From contig CM075989.1 of assembly GCA_038087875.1 (NCBI GenBank), forward strand, positions 7,070,001 to 7,134,000: a stretch of 64,000 bases of DNA. The letters run 5' to 3'. The notes below the pieces were generated by a model, which searched no databases, was not told the origin of the DNA, and was given only the letters and a program-made list of their open reading frames with translations. A program made the translations under genes and the position numbers. How positions within the stretch are numbered: the stretch's first letter is position 1; every line of letters begins with the position of its first letter. This document shows, piece after piece, positions 12,699 to 25,829 of the stretch. The DNA comes from Malacoraja senta (taxonomy: Eukaryota).

Positions 12699-13017
12699 GG
12701 CTGAGGCACCTCTTCACGACAACACTGCAACCACCATTAGACCCGTCTGAAGAAGGGTCTCGACCAGAAACGCCACCCATTCTTTCTCCCCAGAGATGCT
12801 GCCTGTCCCGCTGCGTTACACCAGCTTTTTGTGTCCGACCACCATTTTGAGTTGGGGCGAGCATGACTCAGCTTGTACATTCGTGCAACATCGCAGCTTG
12901 CAACGGGCAGAGGAGAAATGAACATACTGGATGGGTCTACCCTGCCATTGGACTCAAGTCGGCCAGTTAACAGTCAACTTCAATTGAGATGGGATCACTG
13001 AGGGCTTGAACTCTCAG

Positions 13018-13310
13018 TAGCACAGTTGTTCGGGCCACAGCCTCACAGCACCGACGACCTGGGTTCGATCCTGAACTCGGGCGCTGTCTATGTGAAGTTT
13101 GCACATTCTCCCTGTGACCACACATGTGTTTCCTTATGGCGCTCCGGTTTCCACCCACCTCCCAAAGACTTGCAGGTCAGTTGGTTAATTGGCCTCTGGA
13201 ACATTGCACCTGTGGGCGTAGGGAGTGGAAGCAAAAGTGTGATGATATAGAACTAATGTGATGGTCGGCGTGGACCTGATGGGCTGAAGGGTCTGTTTCA
13301 ATGCCGTTAT
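13018..13310 (+). mobile_element. HE1-like V-SINE (diverged)
   Basis: B-box GGTTCGATCC, V-domain and tail. Confidence 0.8.
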
Positions 13311-13443
13311 CTGCCAATCCAAAAAAACGGTAGTGAGAGGCAGGCCAAGCAACTGCTGAATGATGATGGCTTCTCTGTTGAGCATTTTAGCAAGACCAAC
13401 GCACAGACTTTGCCTTGGACCCGACAATGGAAGGATCGGAGAC

Positions 13444-13480
<37 letters not shown>

Positions 13481-13589
13481 AACACATGATGACGCTTCAC
13501 AATTGTTCAATAGATGTGAAGGGCACAATTTGTCTTTCACAACGTGCTGCCGGCTGACGGGAACAATTCCACAAGAAAACAACGGCAGG

Positions 13590-13982
13590 CAGCTGAAGAT
13601 AGACACAACGTGCTGGAGTAACTCAGCGGGACAGGCAGCATCTCTGGAGAGAAGGAATAGGCTGACGTGTGTGGGAAAGAACTGCAGATGCTGGTTTAAA
13701 TCGAAGGTAGACACAAAGTGCTGGAGTAACTCAGCGGGACAGGCAGCATCTCTGGAGAGAAGGAATGGGTGACGTTTCGGGTCGAAATCATTCTTCAGAC
13801 AGATGTCAGGGGAGTGGGTGCTACAGAGATAAAATGTTGTCGGAGACAGTAAGACTGGTAGGAGAACTGGGAAGGGGGAGGGGATGGAGAGAGAGGGAAA
13901 GCAAGGGCCACTTGAAGTTAGAGAAGTCAATGTTCATCCCGCTCTTACAGGTCTACGTTTTGGGTTGAGACCCTTCATCAGA
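13590..13982 (-). mobile_element. Penelope-like element 3' end (ORF C-terminus, 3' UTR and pLTR repeats)
   Basis: Minus strand 13943-13911 encodes SGMNIDFSNFK, resembling the end of PLE GIY-YIG ORFs; followed by a hammerhead-like motif (13800-13771) and a repeated pLTR segment. Confidence 0.8.
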
Positions 13983-14043
13983 GGCAGCTGAGATGCACGG
14001 ATGCACGCCAAGCCTAATGAGATATCTCTGTGTCTGGTGTCTC

Positions 14044-14448
14044 CAGCAGCTCGTTCCATACACCCGCCACCCTCTGTCTGAAAAAGTTACCCCTCGGGTT
14101 CTCATTAAATCCTTCCCCCTTCACCTTAAACCTATGTCCTCTAGTTCTCGATTCCCCTACTCTGGGCAAGAGGCTCTGTGCATCTACCCAATGTATTCCT
14201 CTCATGATTTTGTACACTTCTATAAGATCACCCCTAATCTTCCTGTGCTACAAGAAATGGAGTCCCAGCCTGCTTAACCTCCCCCTATAGCTCAGGCCCT
14301 CAAGTCCTGGCAACATCCTTGTAAATCTTCCCTGCACCCTTTCCAATTTGACAAACATCTTTCCTATAATATGGTGCCTAGAACCGAACTATAATGCCCT
14401 AAATGCGTCCTCACCAATGTCTTATGTAACTGCAACATGACCTCCCAA
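14044..14448 (-). mobile_element. CR1/HER1-like LINE fragment
   Basis: YKIMRGI..VDAQSLLPRVGESRTRGHRFKVKG..GNFF.QRV..VWNEL. Confidence 0.85.
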
Positions 14449-14621
14449 ATCCCCATCCTCAGCAAGTCTGGCAGTATCTACGGACAGAGATACTGAGTCA
14501 ATATTTCACGGTTAATGACCTTCATTCTGATCTCTGATGAAACGTCACTAACTGAAGTCAGAGATCAAAGTTTCATACAGTGTCGGAGCAAGCTCTGGCC
14601 CCATCAAGCATCCATTTCCAT

Positions 14622-14904
14622 CAGGGATCGGCAACCTTGTTCTGCATAGGGGCCAGGACGCATGTCTGTGCGCGGATGGCGGGCCACATCTATCACGTGT
14701 ACATGATACATGGATCCCGCCCCCATCCCGCCCCGGATGGCAGGCATCAAATCACGTGTTCACAGAAGGTGCGCGGCCGTGCCGGAGGCTTTGCGCAGGA
14801 TGCGGTACAGCCAGAACTCGGCCCTCGGCTGTACCGCATGCAGGCCGGATAATTTCGGGTTACGGGCCGCATTCGGCCCGGGGGCCGTAGGTTGCCGACC
14901 CCTG
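14622..14904. mobile_element. hAT-Charlie-like MITE, 283 bp
   Basis: TIR CAGGG(A/G)TCGGCAACCT 15/16; 8-bp TSD ATTTCCAT/ATTTACAT; subterminal GGGCC motifs. Confidence 0.9.
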
Positions 14905-15291
14905 ATTTACATCAATCCTACCCTGATCCCATTTTAGTAGCCGTACGTTTAAGTGAGTGGTTGAATTTTGGGGGAAGTTTGTGGGAATATTGGGAAGAAG
15001 ACAGTGAGATTATTGTAAGTGGGAGTTTAATGATTATCACAGACTCGTTAGAACAAAGAGCCTTTCCTTATGCTGAACAATTCCATGACTGTGATACTAT
15101 AGCTGAAAATCATTACAATTTGAAGTTTTAAAATGCTCAGTGAAATAGATAATTAAACGCAAGCCGTGTCATTTAATTGAACGCAAGAACAGAGAATTGG
15201 AAGACGTTAGTGTTAGCCTTACAGAGATTAATCGCCCTGAGGCAAGAATTGAGAATGGGAGGATTTACCCCTTTCACACAAGAGACAACCT

Positions 15292-15600
15292 TTAGTTTAG
15301 TTGACCTTAGTTTACTTTAGAGATACAGCATTGAAAAAGGCTTTTCGGCCTTCCGAGTACATGCCGACCAGTGATCACCGCCTACTCTCGCACTATCCTA
15401 CACACAAGATACAGATTATAATTTTACCGAAGCCAATTAACCTATAAACCTGTACATCCTTGAAGTGTGGGAGAAAACCGGAACACCCGGAGAAAACCCA
15501 CACGGTCACGGTGGAGAACGTACAAACCCCGTACAGACAGCACCCGTAGTCAGGATCGAACCCGGGTCAGCAACTCTAACGCTGCACCACTGTGCCGCCC
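15292..15600 (-). mobile_element. HE1-like V-SINE
   Basis: Consensus match. Confidence 0.85.
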
Positions 15601-16054
15601 CTGTGTCTTGTGCAATAAATACTCTTGAAACATTTGAGGCTACTCTGATGAATTATTGGCTGGGAACTTGGATGTGAACGCTAGGGTTAAATCTGGCGAG
15701 TTCCCTGCGGAATGGGTTGGATCCTGAATTGAAGAGTTGGATCAAAGAGCGAAATCAGTCAGAAAGTAGAATAGTGGAGTTCCGGGATTCTGAAATACTG
15801 ATTTGGTCAGGGAACAGCCTTGGCAAACCTTTCCTTGTGAGATCAGACGAGGTGCCACAGTGGACTAGCGAGACAATTATGCAGAAAATAACTAAGGAGA
15901 AGGTCAAATGTTCTATAAGAATTATAGTATGTTTACAACACAGAAAGAGGCCACTCACCCCATGGTGCTCATCCTAGCAAAAACTGATGCTGCTTAGAGC
16001 ACTAACAATTGTAATCTCACGGTGCACAGCCTTACAGAGATAATAAACAGTCAA

Positions 16055-16540
16055 AACAAGGAAATGCACATACTATGTACAACAGAGAACACAAAGTACT
16101 GGAGTAACTCATCGGGTCAAGAAGCATCTCTGGAGAACATGGATAGGTGATGTTTCTGGTCGGGATCCTTCTTCAGACTGATTGTAGGGAAGGGGAAATG
16201 AAATCGAGGGCAGGCAGGGCAATGTAATGGGTTGGCACGGGTGACCGGGTGGTGGTGGGGGGGGGGGGGGGTTGATAGACATATGGATGGAACTAAGGCC
16301 TGAGATTAGAGCAGAAGGTGTGATACAAACAGATTGAAGGGTTGCGATTTGTGAAATCTGAAGAAGGAATGTAGAATGGGGAAAGGGAGAGGGGGAGAAG
16401 GAGAAGGCGGAGAGAAATAGATGTGAGCACAGGGGGGGGGGGCGGGAGGGAGAGAGGGGAGCACACGGGGGAGTATGCAGAGGGGGGGAGAAGGGAGGAG
16501 GGTTTGTTTGTCGTTATCTAAAATTGTAGAATTCAATGTT
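16055..16540 (-). mobile_element. Penelope-like element 3' end
   Basis: Minus strand begins NIEFYNFR-stop, then a pyrimidine-rich UTR, a degenerate hammerhead (~16178-16148) and the pLTR tail. Confidence 0.75.
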
Positions 16541-16756
16541 TAATTAACCTTCAGTTTGGCTTTGGGATGTGGGAGGAAACCAATGCATGCAGCAGAAACC
16601 CACGCAGTCTAGGGAGAACATACAAACTCTGCACAGGCAAAACCAGAGACCAGGATCGAACCAGAGTCGGAAGAGTGGTGAGGCAGCTGCGTAACCTGCT
16701 GCGACACTCTAAACTCCTGGCTAAGTGTGCTTTGTACAGCTCTAGAAGAACCTATA

Positions 16757-17050
16757 GACTTTAGAGTTACAGCGTGTCAACTGGCCCTTCGGCCCACGCC
16801 GACCATCGATCACCCCGTACACTAGCTCTATCGTACACGCTAGAGATAACTTACAATTTACCAAAGCCAATTAACCTACAAACCTGCACGTCTTTGGAGT
16901 GTGGGAGGAAACCGGAGCACCCGGAGAAAACCCACGCGGTCACAGGGAGAACGTACAAACTCCATACAGACAGCACCCGTAGTCAGGATCGAACCCGGGT
17001 CACTGGCCCAGTAAGGCAGCAACTCTACCGCTGCGTCACCGTGCCGCCCC
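16757..17050 (-). mobile_element. HE1-like V-SINE
   Basis: Consensus match. Confidence 0.9.
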
Positions 17051-17851
17051 ACGCTTCACTCTTGTCGACTGCTCCTCAGCAGATGAAGGCATGTATCCCA
17101 AATGCCTACTCGGCCACCTCATCAGCCTACCACACTCTTCTTCGATTCAAAATTGGATGCTACATAACATTTAAGCAAATGGGTTACGTAATGCCTCCTG
17201 CATAATTCTCTTAGGTGTGAACTGTCAGCGAGGGCTTCTTTGCTATTGTGTAAAACAGCAGTGGGGAAATTTCATCTGCATGGTTCCTTAAGCAAAAAAT
17301 CATCTTCATACTGCCTTGCTGTTTCCAAAAACTGAAAGCACAACGTGAAAGCAGAGCTACCAAAGAATTGAAAGACCGAGAGGAGCGGCAGGGGAGGCTG
17401 GCAATTCTGACAGAAAATGCATGAATTGTTCATGTTTGAAATATAAACAAGTGTCTCTGCTTTGAAGTTGTGGATTTGAGGAATTGTGCGAAGGAGACTT
17501 CTGGGCAGGTTGGAGATGGGACTCAGATCATGGAAAACATACTGTAGCTAATTAAATCTCGCTGTAATTAATTTGATTGCGCGTTTGTAAGAAAATGCAT
17601 TGGAGCACATTAAACAGATGCGGGGGACTGGGCAAACCAGCAACCGCCGCTGGACACGGAGATGAAGGTGGAAGTAAACAAATCTGTGATTAACAATGTG
17701 TCAGGTTGACATCTTTACTTAACAGAAAACAAAGCAAGGCTTGGGAGAGAAGGTAGATTCAGGGATTAAACAGTGGTCTACAGATTATTGTCAACAACCC
17801 AATTTAATACATGAAGGACTATGTGATAGATAAATAGCTCCCCCTTTCTGT

Positions 17852-18158
17852 TTTAGACTTTCGAGATACAGCACGGAAACAGGCCCTTCACCCCACCGGG
17901 TCCGTGCCGACCTGCGATCATCCCGTACACTGGCACGATTCTACACACTAGGGACCATTTACAATTTTACCAAAGCCAATTAACCTACAAACCTGCACGT
18001 CTTTGGAGTGTGGGAGGAAACCGGAGCACCCGGAGAAAACCCACGCAGCCATGGGGAGAACGTGCAAACTCCGTACTGACAGCAGCCGTGGTCAGGATCG
18101 AACCCGGGTCTCTGGCGCTGTAAGGTAGCAACTCTACCGCTGCGCCACCGTGCCACCC
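17852..18158 (-). mobile_element. HE1-like V-SINE
   Basis: Consensus match, full length. Confidence 0.9.
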
Positions 18159-18629
18159 TGTTGTAAGTATCCAACCTCCTTAAGAGGCTGACTCTCAAGG
18201 AACGTTTCTATTAAACTGCAAAGGGTGCAAAAGAGATTTACTTGGCTCTTAACGGTACCTGGAGCGTTTGAGTTGTAAGGAGCGATGGAAGAGGCTGTGT
18301 CTTTTTTCCCCCCAGGAGTGTAGGAGGCTGAAGGGGACACCTTACAGAGGTATAACATCATGAATAGCCACAGCCATTTCCCCAGGGCAAGGGGAATCTA
18401 AAACTAGAGGGAGTAGGTTTAAGGTAAGAGGGGAAAGATTTAAATTGGACCTGAGGGGCAGCTTTTTCACACAGAGAATAGTGTGTACATGGAGTTGAGA
18501 AAGGAAATGGTAAAATTGGGTATGATTAGGAAATTTAAAGGACACTTAAACTGACACCAAGATTGGACGGTCCAGCAGTTTAGAGATGAGCTTTTATATT
18601 TATTTATTTATTTGTTTGTTTGTTTATTT

Positions 18630-18927
18630 TTGAGACGCAGCAAGGAAACAGGCCCTTCAACCCACCGAGTCCGCGCCAACCAGCGATCCGCCTGCACTAA
18701 CTTAATCCTACACCCATTAGGGACAATTTACAATTTTACCAAGCCAATTAACCTACAAGCCTGTATTTCTTTGGAGTGTGGGGGGGAAACCAGAGCACCC
18801 GGAGAAAACCCGCGCAGGTCATGGGGAGAACATGCAAACTCCGTACAGACAGCACCCAAAGTCAGGCTTAAACCCAGTTCACTGGCAACTGTAAGGCAGC
18901 AACTCTACCGCTGCGCCACCGTGGCAG
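18630..18927 (-). mobile_element. HE1-like V-SINE
   Basis: Consensus match. Confidence 0.88.
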
Positions 18928-19149
18928 CCTTTATTTGGTATAGGTGATGTTTCGGTTCGGGATCCTTCTTCAGGCTGGGATGCTGCCTGCCTCGTTGAGT
19001 TACTCCAGCACTTTGTGCCTTCGTCCACACTGTTAACTCTGTGGGCTTCATGCGAAAAAGGTGTTTTACTGCATCCTGGTGTGTGTAACAATAAACTAAT
19101 CTGAATCTGGCGTTAAAGATCCCACGACATGGTAATACTTCGACAAGGC

Positions 19150-19365
19150 CGGAAATTAATCCCTGTAACCTGGTCCAATTTAAACCGCATTTCTAAAGCA
19201 CATTGTTTGCTGTTTATTACATCACTACTTGTGGGAGCTCGTTGTGAATAATTGGCTGCTGTATTGCCATCATTAGAACTCTGATTACACTTCAAAAGGT
19301 AAATCACTGATTGGAGGTCATTGGAAAAGGAATGCTAGAAGTGTTATGGAAATGTTTTTTCTCTC
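19150..19365 (+). mobile_element. Ancient Deu-domain SINE relic (SacSINE1-like)
   Basis: ttgtgggagctcgttgtgaataattggctgc...ttacacttcaaaag resembles the Deu-SINE core and tail as I recall it; similar relics elsewhere in the window. Confidence 0.6.
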
Positions 19366-19684
19366 TGGTGTGGAATAATATTTAATGGAGCGGAGGATAA
19401 AAGTCACAGTGCGATCCCTCCCTCAGCCTGGGGTAAAACACCAGAAGCCAAGACAAGGCTAGGAACTGCAGGAGGAACTCGGTGGGACAGGCAGCATCGG
19501 CGGGAGAGGCTGAAGGAGGATCCTGACCTGAAACACTGTCTGTCCATTTCCCACCACAGATGCTGCCTGTTCTGCTGAGTTCCTTCCTGAGTTTTACTCA
19601 AGATGTTAGTATCTGAAGTCTCTTATGTCTCCATGCACTCCTTCAGGTTGGTTCTGCCAATAGCTGGTGGAGCAAGGCCTCATT

Positions 19685-20010
19685 CCTCTTCTTCAGCCCT
19701 TTGCTCCTTTTATGGAGCATAGGCCATTGACAAATGTCCTCCATCTCACTCGGTTGTTGGTAGTTATTTCGAGATCTCCCCAGTTGAGCCCACTCTCAGA
19801 CAGTTGAGCCCTGAAGCGACCTCTTTTCCTTTTCCTTGGGGGTTCCATTTCAGGGCTTTCCGGGTGATGTTTGTGGCAGGTTTCCTGAGGATGTGCCCAA
19901 TCCAACTCCATTTTCTCCTTTGAATTTGTAAGTCAATGGGCTCCTGGCTTGTTCTTTTCCACAGGTCCACATTGCTTACTTTGTCTCTCTTACATGGCCT
20001 CTTCACGCAG
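19685..20010 (-). mobile_element. RTE-clade LINE 3' fragment
   Basis: DKVSNVDLWKRTSQEPIDLQIQRRKWSWIGHILRKPATNITRKALKWNPQGK; GAA-like tail. Confidence 0.88.
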
Positions 20011-20034
20011 ACAATACAGAGTTTTATAGACAGT

Positions 20035-20272
20035 ACAGAGTGTATGGAGTTTGTAAGATCTCCCCGTGACCTGCGTGAGTTTGCTCCAGGGGCTCCGGTT
20101 TCCTTCCACATTCCAAAGGTGTAGAGGTTTGTAGGCTAATTGCCTTCTGTAAATTGTAAATTGTCCCCAGTGTGTGTAGGAAAGTGTTATTGTATGGGGA
20201 TCGATGGTGGGCACGGACTCGACGGGCTGAAGGGCCTGTTTCTACGCTGTATCTCTAAACTAAACTATACTA
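20035..20272 (+). mobile_element. HE1-like V-SINE, 5'-truncated
   Basis: V-domain and tail. Confidence 0.85.
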
Positions 20273-20369
20273 ACCAACATTGTAATTGGCTGCTCATTAT
20301 CTTGCAAGAGTCGTAGTACTGAAGTGTCATTTGGAATTGTGCAAAATCATAAATGATCACGAGATTGCT

Positions 20370-20550
20370 CAGAAAATGGAAACCATGAATTGTACTGAAT
20401 TCTATAAAATTGTGGGATCCCCAAAAATCATATAGATTTATTGAATAATACAGAATTGTGGAATTCTACATAATTCAATAAACGTATATGATTTTTGAGA
20501 TCTTATAATTTTATAGAATTCTGTATGATTCCTAGATTTCCATTTTTCTG
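20370..20550. repeat. AT-rich imperfect palindrome (~180 bp)
   Basis: Arms GAATTCTATAAAATT..AAAAATCATATA..TTTATTGAAT mirrored around ~20458-20461. Confidence 0.85.
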
Positions 20551-20899
20551 GAATTGTGAAATTCTATAACATACAAACTCATAGCTGATGTGGAACCACA
20601 TGTGACTCTAGAATTCTTTACCAATGCATACCATGGAATTAAATTGAAAATTTAAAAAGTACTGTAGATGCCAGATATCTGAAATAACAACAGGCTAGAA
20701 ATGCTCAGCAGTTCTGGCAACATCTGTGGAAAAAGAAGCAGAGTTCATATTTTAAAATGACTACTCTTCACCAGGACTGGTAGAAAACCTAAACCGTTAG
20801 CTCGGCTTCTCTCTCCACAGATGCTGCCTGACCTGTTGAGTGTTCGCAACGCTTTTTGTTTTTGAATCAAACTGAGAACCATAGAAATGTAAAGATTCA

Positions 20900-21497
20900 T
20901 CGGACTGTGGAGGACTTCAAGTACCTGAGAGAGAGGATGCAGAGCTCGGAGAATGATATCAAGGTCCGGAAAGCACTCGCATGGAAAGCCCTCAATAACA
21001 TGGGGAAAATCTGGACGTCTCGGATGTGTAAGGGTCTCAAACTGAGATTCTTCCATTCAACTGTAGAGACCACATTGTTGTACGGGTGTGAGGCATGGAC
21101 TCTCACTCGGGTACTGTCCAAGTCTCTCGATGGTACCTACACCCGAATGCTCAGAAAAATTCAAAATGTCACCAACGCCCAGCTCTATGGGGAGATTCCA
21201 CCTCTGACCGAGAAGATCAGGTGGAGAAGGATGAGGCTCGCTGGTCACTTCCACCGCCACTCAGAAACGACCAGCAAATAAGGTTGTGCTGTGGGATCCC
21301 ACCCATGGAAGATCTGACCCGGGACGGCCAATCAAGGCTATGCTGAAGACGTTGATGGAAGGCGCATGTGTAGAGACAAAAGAGGAGCTTGCCAGCTGCA
21401 TGGAGGACAGAGATGTGTGGTGCGTCCGTCACCGTGCCTGTCGGAAACCAGCACCACTGCGTCATCAATGTTTTCAATGATTTAATAATAATAATAT
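20900..21497 (+). mobile_element. RTE-clade LINE 3' fragment
   Basis: VEDFKYL..SSENDIKVRKALAWKALN.M.KIW..LKLRFF.STVE..LLYGCEAWTLT..LDGTYTRMLR..RRMRLAGH; (TAA)n tail. Confidence 0.9.
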
Positions 21498-21536
21498 TAA
21501 ATAAGTGGATAAAATTGAATAGAATTTTTTATTTTT

Positions 21537-21816
21537 TAGTTTAGAGATACAGTGTGAAAACAGGCTCTTTGGCCCACCATGTCCATGCCGACCAGCGATC
21601 ATTCATACACTAGTTCTATCCTACACACTAGGGGCAATTTACAGAGGCCAATTATCTTACAAACCCGCACGTCTTTGGAATGTGCACCCAGAGAAACCCC
21701 CCGTGGTCATCGGGAGAATGAGCAAACTCCCTACAAACTGCACCCGGAGTCAGGATCAAACCCGGGTCTCTGGCGCTGTTGGGCAGCAACTTTACCGTTG
21801 TGCCACTGTGCCACCC
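21537..21816 (-). mobile_element. HE1-like V-SINE
   Basis: Consensus match. Confidence 0.85.
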
Positions 21817-24494
21817 CAAATTATATATTGTAGGATCTTGTTGAACCATTTGGAATAGAGAACAATGGAATTATTGATTCTGATTGCATATCAAAAGATT
21901 ATAGAGAAAAGGAGGCCATTTGGCCCATATGCCAATGCTAGCACTTAAGGGTTAGCGACTAGTTCCACTCCCTTCATCTTTCCCTGTGATCTCTCACATA
22001 CTGGCACTGGGGTGCCATTCACTCTGGACACTAAGATGGAAACTAGGTCTTTATGACAGTCTACCTTCAATCAGAGTAATCACCAGCGGGAAAAATGGTC
22101 GATCGACAATCCTGACTGGCTTTTCTTTTCCAATGCTGATCAATTATATCTTTCTAGTAAATAACTGCAGAATTAAAATATTTAAGCAGACGCCACTGCG
22201 AGGCTTTCGCGCTAAATCCCGCACTGTTCTCGCTTTATTCTCCAAAGAATGTTTCATTTAGACTAAAATAATTACTGGTGATCTGGGCATCGTTATCAAA
22301 AGAAAGATGCAAAGGCTTTTGAGCTGTTACAGCAGTGGTAATCTGTGTACATTGAGGCTCGCGGTTGTGTGGAAAACAGAATGCAGCACAGAGAGGGTGA
22401 AATTGTGGACAATGCACAAATGTGAGTCTGTTATACAGGGAATAATGCACAGAATGGTATAGGTTAAGCGTAGGCTGCGGTGTGTATACACCGGGTAACA
22501 CTGAGAGTGTTATACAACGGGTTAATGTATCAAACAGACGGTGCACACTTCAATAAAGGGAGCAGGTTATTATGAGGAATGCTCACATCAGACCTTGAAA
22601 AGGTGATAGAAAATCAACATAATAACATGGAGAAGAATAGAACCAACACAGGCCATAACCTTCCCCTCTACCATTAACACTATGTTTCAAATCAAAAGAG
22701 TCCTGTTCTTTCAATAAAGTCCTGAACATTCTCCAAAATCATACGGTTTTGAGCATGACAAATTTAAAAAGTAAGGTTCTAATTTGTTACTGTCTCATCT
22801 CATTTCCACTGAGACAGTAGATCATTTGCAATGAACATTGATTGATTTTGGAGTATATCTTTGTGTATTTTCTCTTAGAATCCTGAGACTGAGATTATTC
22901 ATGTCATAGATTATAGTCATGGAGCTATACAGTTTGGAAGCAGGCCCTTCGGCCCACCTTGTCCATGCCGACCATGGTGGCATATTGGCCTAGTCCCATT
23001 TGCCTGCATTTGGCTCATAGCCCACTAAACCCGTACTATCTATATATCCATCCAATTGACTTTTAAAGTCATATTTGTATCAGCTTCTGTAGCTTCCACT
23101 GGCACCTCATTCCTGATAAGGACGACCTTCTGAGTGAAAAGGTTGCCCCTAAGATCCCTCTAAAGTCTCTCTCTAAAGCCTATGCCCTCTAGAGTCACTT
23201 ACAGCACGGAAACAGGCCCTTCAGCCCAACATGCCCACATCAGCCAACAGGTCCCATCTACACTAGTCCCACCTGCCTGCATTTGACACATATTCCTCTA
23301 AACATGTCCCACCCATGTACCTGTCTAAGTGCTGGAGTCCCGAGAGCAGTGCTGAACTACCATCTACCTTTTTGGTGACCCTCGGACTATCCTTGATTGG
23401 ACGTTACTGGCTTTACCTTGAACTAAACGTTATTCCCAAATCATGTATCTATACACTGTAAATGGATTGATTGTAATCATGTATTGCCTTTCCGCTGACT
23501 GGTTAGCACGCAACAATAGGTTTTCACTGTACCTCGGTACACGTGACAATAAACTGAACTGAACTGATCTAGAGTCACACAGCAAAGAAACAGCCCTGAC
23601 GGCCCATTGAATTCATGATGATCATCAGGCATTTAATAACTTACCCTTTCGGCTAATCCTACACTAATCTCATCTTTATTTTCCGCACGTTCCCATCAAC
23701 TACCCTCACCCATTAATTTCCACCACTCACCTATACCTGGAATGGGCACCGCTTATAAGAACTAGAGCACAGACCGAACTTTGAAACATGGCGCCTCTTG
23801 CATGCGGGCTCAGTGGATTATTTCTGTACACTTGCTAATCGGAAATGTGTTTTGGGTACAGAAATACTCGACTGGACTGTTTGTGAGAAAATAATTTCAC
23901 TGTGCGTTTGCACGTTGCACATGTGACCAATAAAACCACCACTGAACCACCAACACAATGGACTAATGGACTAAACCCGCAAGCTTTCCTGATGTAGGTG
24001 GAAACCAGAGCACCTGGAAACCCATGCATTCACTGATCCAGACAAGACCCGTTGTCAGGATCGAACTCGGGTCTCTGGAGCTACGAGGCAGCAAGTCTAC
24101 CATCCTGCCTTCATTTATCAAATTGATTTCCTTGCATAATATGGTAGACTACTTCATCACTGACAGCAAATAAAGTATGGAGAATATTTTTTCAAGTGTT
24201 GCTGTTTGACACTTCCAGCAAAATACACAAATTCACATAATTAATAACTGGATTTTAAACCTCAGCATCCAGTTGGATATTAATGATGTACTCAAAACAT
24301 ATAATGATCCTGAAAGATTTGGTGATCTCTGCGGCAAGAACTTCCCTTTCCCCAAGTCCTGCAGCAGTCCTCAGCCAGTTCAATTAGATCCTGGACATCC
24401 ATCAGTACTGATGTCTGCAAGTTGACTGGCCCATTGACACTGAAGAAATCTCACCAACAGCAAAGCAGGGATCAAAACGCACCATCTTTTGCAG

Positions 24495-25125
24495 ACCAAG
24501 ATGCCCCATCAACACTGGTCCTACCTGCCTGCATTTGGCCCATATCTCTCTAAACCTTTCCTATCAATGTACCTGTCAAAATGTATTTTAAGTGTTCTTA
24601 TGATACCTGCCTCAACTGCCTCCTCTGGCAGCTCGCTCCTAAGCTAGCCCCATTTGCCTGTGTTTGGCCCATATCCCTCTAATCCATGGACCTGTCCAAG
24701 TGCTGTTATAGTGCCAGCCTCAACTACCACCTCTGGTGGCTCTTTCCATCTGCCCACCACACTCTGTGTGAAAATGTTGCCCCTCAGGTTCCTATTAAAT
24801 CTTTCCCCTATCACCTTAAACCTGGTTCTTGATTCCCCTACTCTGGATATTCCCCTACATGGTGCATTCATCCTATCTATTCCCCACCATGATTTTATAC
24901 ACCTCTATAAGATCACCCCTTATCCTCCTGCACTCCAAGGAATAAAGTCCTAGCCTGCTCACCTTCTCCCTATATCTCATGCCTTCAAGTCCTGGCAACA
25001 TCTTTATGTGCAAAGACTTTCTTTGCAATCTTTCCAGCTCCACAACAATCCTCCCTGCAGCAGGGTGACCAAAACTAAACACAACGCTCAAATACAGCCT
25101 CGCCGATGTCTTGTGCAACTGGAAC
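24495..25125 (-). mobile_element. CR1/HER1-like LINE 3' fragments
   Basis: LERLQRK..MLPGLEG..Y.EK..RLGLYSLECRR.RGDLIEVYKIM. Confidence 0.8.
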
Positions 25126-25829
25126 TTCAGTTTTAACCAGGTAGACACAGACATCCTGAAGTTGCTGCCAGATTCGTGGCATCATGACAGGTAGTAGCGT
25201 AAGTGTCACTGATCACTGAGCATTGCATCCCATGCTTATTGAAATACCTGCAACTCACAGGAGAACCCATCCAAGTCGTAAAACAGGATGGAAGTGGCAT
25301 AAGCAACATATGAACATGTGGAAATAGGGGGGTGATACAAAGAACAGGTCTGCACATAGAATGAAGATGATGAACTGGAAGAAGAGGTCCCACAACTTCA
25401 CAATGTTCAATGTCCGTTACTTGGGTATTTAGAACCAAACAAATTCCAATCCTACAATTTTTTTTAGCAACCAACTGGATTTGGGAGGAAGGTCTCAATT
25501 TGAAAAAGATAATGGCAAGGAACTAGTTTGTATTCCTTTTATATATATAGTCTGATTTCTTAAAGTAATTGGCCAATCTGGTGTTGAAGATGCCAGAATT
25601 ATATCGACAAAATACTTCCAGGAACAAAATGAGTTTCTGCAATCTTCACATTTGTTTACGAAGCACAGTCTCAAAAGCTGGACTTGACAAGCAAGTCTTA
25701 AAATTAAGCTTTTACTTTAGCTTAGGGATACAGTGCGGAAACAGGCCCTTCGGCCCCCCGAGTCTGCACTGACCATCGATCCCCGCACACTAACACTATC
25801 CCACACACACAAGGCTAAGGACAATTTAC

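Noticed and set aside
13446..13479. Poly-G run as a functional G-quadruplex
   Set aside because: Isolated homopolymer; many similar runs in the window and length may be unreliable
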